Assembly (NCBI RefSeq): GCF_004010195.1
Contig: NC_057758.1
Coordinates: 1,261,124 to 1,301,940, forward strand
Length of the DNA: 40,817 nucleotides
Direction: 5' to 3'
Origin: Chiloscyllium plagiosum
Taxonomy: Eukaryota
Below, piece after piece: positions 36,200-40,817 of the stretch (position 1 is the stretch's first letter; each line of letters begins with the position of its first letter). A program made the translations under genes and the position numbers. The notes beneath the pieces are model-generated. The model saw only the letters and a program-made list of their open reading frames with translations, was not told where the DNA came from and ran no database searches.

Positions 36200-37470
36200 G
36201 AACATAGAACAATAAAGCGCAGAACAGGCCTTCGGCCCTTGATGTTGCGCCGACCTGGGAACTATTCTCAGCTTGTCTCCCTACACTATCCCAAAATCAT
36301 CCATGTGCTTATCTAACGATTGTTTAAATCTCCCTAATGTGGCTGAGTTGACTATATTAGCAGGTAGGGCATTCCACGACCGTGCCAATCTCTGCATAAA
36401 GAAACTGCCTCTGACATCTGTCTTAAATCTATCACCCCTCAATTTGTAGTTATGCACCCTCGTGCACGCTGACGTCATCATACTAAGAAAAAGACTTTCA
36501 CTGTCTACCCTATCTAATCCTCTGATCATCTTATATGTCTTTATCAAGTCCCCTCTTAGCCTTCTTCTTGCCAATGAGAACAGGTTCAAGTCTCTCAGAC
36601 TTTCCTCATGATACCTTCCCTCCAGACCAGACAACATTCTGGTAAATCTCCCCTGCACCTTTTCCAATGCTTCCACATCCGTCCCGAAATATGCAGACCA
36701 GAATGGTACACAATATTGCAACCAGAGTTTTGTATACTTGCAGCATGATATTGCGGCTCCGGAACTCAATCCCACTACGAATGAAACCTAACACACCATA
36801 TGCCTTCTTAACACCACTACCAACCTGGGTGGCAACTTCCAGGGATCTATGCACATGAACTCCAAGATCCCTCTGCATATCCACACGACAAAGAATCTTT
36901 CCATTGACCCAGTATTCTGCCTTCCTGTTATGCTTCCCAAAGAGCATCACCTCACATTTAGCTTCATTGACCTCCATTTGCCACCTCTCAGCCCAATTCA
37001 GCAGTTTATCCATGCCCCCCTGCAACCTGTAACATCTTTCCACACAATCCACTGCTCCACCGACTTTAGTGTCGTCTGCAAATTTACTAATCCATCCACC
37101 TATGCCTACGTTCAAGTCATTTATAAAAATGACAAACAGCAGTGGTCCCAAAACAGATCCTTTTGGCACACCTCTAGTAACCGGACTCCAGGCTGAATAT
37201 TTTCCACCAACCATCACTCGCTGCCTTCTTTCAGAAAAACAGTTTCTAATCTAAACTGCTAAATCACCCTCAATTCCATGCCTCTGCATTTTCTCCAACA
37301 GCCTACCATGTGGAACCTTCTCAAAGGCTTTACTGAAGTCCATGTTATACCACGTCAACTGCCCTACCCTCATCCACATGCTTGGTCACCTTCTCAAAAA
37401 GCTCAATGAGTTATGTGAGACATGACCTGCCCTTGACGAAACCATGCTGACTATCTGAAATCAAATTGTT
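36200..37470 (-). mobile_element. CR1-type LINE RT and 3' end in the GPCR intron
   Basis: ORF 36606-37217 GVPKGSVLGPLLFVIFINDL..ISKFADDTK and ORF 36281-36775 RRRLRGDLIKTYK; frameshifted. Confidence 0.93.
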
Positions 37471-38121
37471 TAAGTCATAAGTCCTGGATTATATTCTCTT
37501 CACCAATTCTGCACCTCATCTTGCTCGACATGTTTGATTCTACTCTCGAAAAACTCTCTTCAACGTCTCTCTGTAACAAGTTTTCGTCCTCTTCTTTCAG
37601 TCCGATGATAGCTTATGGGAGCATCATCTCCACGTTAACTCTGCAAAATCCACTCTGAAGCTTTTATATTTCACCTCTGACGTTTCGAAACTCCTATGGA
37701 TAATAGCCTAGCCTTGGCGTTGTGCATTTTCCTTAGCAGTGAGTGTCTGCCAACAATTAATCGCTCCATCTGAGTGTTTCTCCCCTTCGTGCCTCCCTTT
37801 GTCCAAGTGTAAAACTGGGACAGTGTATGAAAACCAATTCAACTGTTTGAAATTGGAGAGGAAAGCAGAAATGAAAGTAAGAACTCATCAGGTCTGGCAG
37901 CGCATGTGGAGAGAAGAACAGAGTTAATGTTTCAGGACCCGTAACTCGGTCTGTTACCCCCACCAGATTTTCGGACAGGGACTTCAGCTTGCACTGCTTC
38001 TGTCACTGCTGAGGTGTGAGTAGCCTTAGGACTGTCCTCAGAGTGTCCGGCTTCGGTGGGGAAATCCTCCTGACTGTGAAGAAGAGAAAAGATCTGGGAA
38101 ACTGCTCGCTCGTTGGTAGGA

Positions 38122-38354
38122 NNNNNNNNNNNNNNNNNNNNNNNNNNNNNNNNNNNNNNNNNNNNNNNNNNNNNNNNNNNNNNNNNNNNNNNNNNNNNNN
38201 NNNNNNNNNNNNNNNNNNNNNNNNNNNNNNNNNNNNNNNNNNNNNNNNNNNNNNNNNNNNNNNNNNNNNNNNNNNNNNNNNNNNNNNNNNNNNNNNNNNN
38301 NNNNNNNNNNNNNNNNNNNNNNNNNNNNNNNNNNNNNNNNNNNNNNNNNNNNNN
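38122..38354. other. Assembly gap (233 N) inside the GPCR intron
   Basis: Run of N. Confidence 1.
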
Positions 38355-38663
38355 CAAAAAAAATGTAACAAAGATCAGGATGATAGGAATATGGGTAAGT
38401 TGTGTCTGGTCAGGTTGCAGAAGAAAGAATGTGATTCTTATGCTGGATTTAAATGCCAAGGGGAGAAGTCGGGAAGTTGGGACCATCGTGGGATGTTGTA
38501 AATTGAACTCCCACTGCCCGTGTCACTTTGCTTCGCCAAACAGCAATTCAGTCGCCCAAACCAATTAAAAAACACGGCAGTCAGTACAACATCAAAAACC
38601 GCTCGATCTCTCTTCATTTGACCTGCGGTTCATGGGCTCAGTTCACAAGATAAACAGACTTAC

Positions 38664-38844
38664 CAAGGATACCAACAGCAGCCAGGAAAGGATAGTAAAC
38701 GTGCTGAAACAGCAGGAGTACATATCGTACTCGATAGTCGACTGCCATCCAATGCTGATTTCTAATGTAGTAGGCGATTTGCGAGGGGAACCTCCTATTC
38801 ATCTTTTCGAAACTCCAGTCTGCTGTACCCAGATCCTGTTCCAT
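38664..38844 (-). CDS. GPR139-like GPCR, coding exon 1 (N-terminus and first half of TM1)
   Basis: ggaATGG start; ..FQHVYYPFLAAVGIL then G|GTAAGT donor. The 181 nt (phase 1) join exon 2 in frame (181+899=1080 nt, 359 aa), completing TM1 YYPFLAAVGILVNILVIGIL. Confidence 0.88.
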
Positions 38845-39526
38845 TCCTGTAATATTTCAGTGTGTCCTTCTCGGACTACGATCACTCCTCTCCCTCTCTA
38901 TTTGAGATGTTGATCCCTGTGCATACCAGAACCGAGGGCTCCCTCTCATAATATGAGGTCGCAATTTTGAAAGTCTTCCTTAAGAGGAGAAAAGAGGAAC
39001 TCTCCACAGACACGACGAGGATCCCTGGAGGCTGACATTCATGCAGACCTCTGAACAAGCAGTTTCAGTCGATCACAAATCAACACGCGTTGTGCTTAAA
39101 GTGGAAGGAGAAAGTTCACATTCCCTACTGAGATATCCAAACACCAGGCTATTTTGAGAAGCACACCCACAGACAACAGTTCACTCGTGATAACCTTCCA
39201 ATTTTGTTATTCTGACTTATTTCTTCTTGGTTTGAGAAAGAAGTGGTTTTGAGAGAAATCTATTTAACAAAAATAATGGGAGGTATAAATCAGGCAATTC
39301 AACATGTTATCAGAGACAGTGTGCGAAGGGGGACAAGGCCTTATCAATCGAATAGAAAGGTATTTGCATACAAAACATAGAGTCAGGCCATCATAAAGAG
39401 GCCTTCTGCCCAACCATGGTTATGCTGACCAATAACCAGCAAACTGCATTTACACGCACCTGGTCCACAGCCTAAAGTGCTCCAGCATGTTAGTTTTTGC
39501 ATAATAATGAAACAGGAGGAGGCCAT

Positions 39527-39840
39527 TTAGATTAGATTAGATTACAGTGTGGAAACAGGCCCTTCGGCCCAACAAGTCCACACCGACCCGCCGAAGCGAA
39601 ACCCACCCATACCCCTACATTTACCCCTTACCTAACACTATGGGCAATTTAGTATGGCCAATTCACCTGACCCTGCACATCTTTGGACTGTGGGAGGAAA
39701 CCGGAGCACCCGGAGGAAACCCACGCAGACACGGGGAGAACGTGCAAACTCCACACAGTCAGTCGCCTGAGTCGGGAATTGAACCCGGGTCTCAGGCGCT
39801 GTGAGGCAGCAGTGCTAACCACTGTGCCACCGTGCCACCC
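39527..39840 (-). mobile_element. HE1-type SINE, full length, nested in a LINE 3' end
   Basis: Near-identical to 8148-8465; interrupts aacaggaggaggccattt|acgagtctgctcc. Confidence 0.92.
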
Positions 39841-40622
39841 ACGAGTCTGCTCCAACATTCATTAAGATCGTGGTTGATGTGTCCACGGTCTCAGCTCCTC
39901 TGACCTGCATTATCCTCATAGCTTTTAATTCCCTGAACATGAAAAGACATATCCAACTGTGTCTTGAATATATTTAATTAAGTTGCCTCAACTGCGTCCT
40001 TAGTCAGAGGATTCCATAGATTAATTACTCTTTGGGAAAAGCAGTTCCTCCTCATCTCTGTCCTAAGTCAACTCCCACTAATTTTGAGGTCATGTCCTCC
40101 ATTCCCAGTCTCACCCAACAGTGGAAACAACTTGCCTGCCTCGATCTTAGCTATCCCTTCCATAATTTTATACGTTTCTACAAACCCCCTCTATCTCTGA
40201 AATTCCGACGAGTACAAATTCAGCCGGCTCAACTCTCCTCATAGAGTAGCTCCCTCATCTCAGGACTCAACCTTGGTGAACCTCTGCTGCACCCGCCCCC
40301 ACGGCAGGTCTGCCAGTCCTCAAGTAGGGAGAGCACACAATACTGCAGCAGCAACATCACCAACTTGCACTATTGCAGCAAAACTTTCCTGCTTTAAATT
40401 CAAGTTCCCGAGCAGTGAAAGCCAATATTCTATTTCCCTTCTTGCTTACTTGTTGGACCTTCAAATCAACTTTCAGCGATTTGTATCTGAACACCGGTAA
40501 ATCCCTGTTCACAACAGAATGCTGCATCTTTCACCATTTAAATAATACTCTGACATATTTTTGCATCCAACCTCACGTTTACTAACATTGTATTCCATCT
40601 GCTACATCCTTTGCCTACTCAC
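39841..40622 (-). mobile_element. Diverged CR1-type LINE 3' region
   Basis: Resembles other CR1 3' regions in the window (attaagatcgtggttgat, tggtgaacctctgctgcacc, aaagccaatattctatttccctt). Confidence 0.7.
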
Positions 40623-40625
40623 TGT

Positions 40626-40817
40626 TTAGATTAGATTACATTATAGTGTGGAAACAGGCCCTTCAGCCCAACAAGTCCACACCAAGCCGCCGAAGCGCAA
40701 CCCACCCATGCCCCTGCATTTACCCCTTACCTAACACTACGGACAATTTAGCATGGCCAATTCACCTGACCTGCACATCTTTGGACTGTGGGAGGAAACC
40801 GGAGCACCCGGAGGAAA
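40626..40817 (-). mobile_element. HE1-type SINE, cut by the window end
   Basis: ttagattaga tail followed by the HE1 3' half. Confidence 0.9.

Noticed and set aside
34125..38844. Assigning the gene symbol GPR139
   Set aside because: The sequence looks like a divergent paralogue, and orthology cannot be established without phylogeny and synteny.

Overview
Repeat-rich eukaryotic genomic DNA, most likely from a shark: there are many HE1-type tRNA-derived SINEs with (TCTAA)n tails, plus CR1 LINEs. The window has three N gaps (13746-14245, 22785-22798, 38122-38354). The only apparently intact host gene is a two-exon GPR139-like class A GPCR on the minus strand (exon 1 38664-38844, exon 2 34125-35023, 359 aa spliced). 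A pseudogenised tandem paralogue lies at 8745-9520. The rest is decayed mobile DNA: a Gmr1-like Gypsy element (SCAN-like gag, integrase upstream of RT) partly duplicated in inverted orientation, a related solo LTR, an internally deleted L1, Penelope-like RT and GIY-YIG fragments, short hairpin elements carrying minimal hammerhead-ribozyme cores, CR1 LINEs and SINEs. There is also a ~6.7 kb strand-skewed degenerate satellite. I cannot demonstrate a wholly new system. The best leads are the birth-and-death GPR139-like receptor array, the mobile hammerhead-bearing hairpins and the AGCT-rich satellite. Family assignments come from motif recognition, not database searches.
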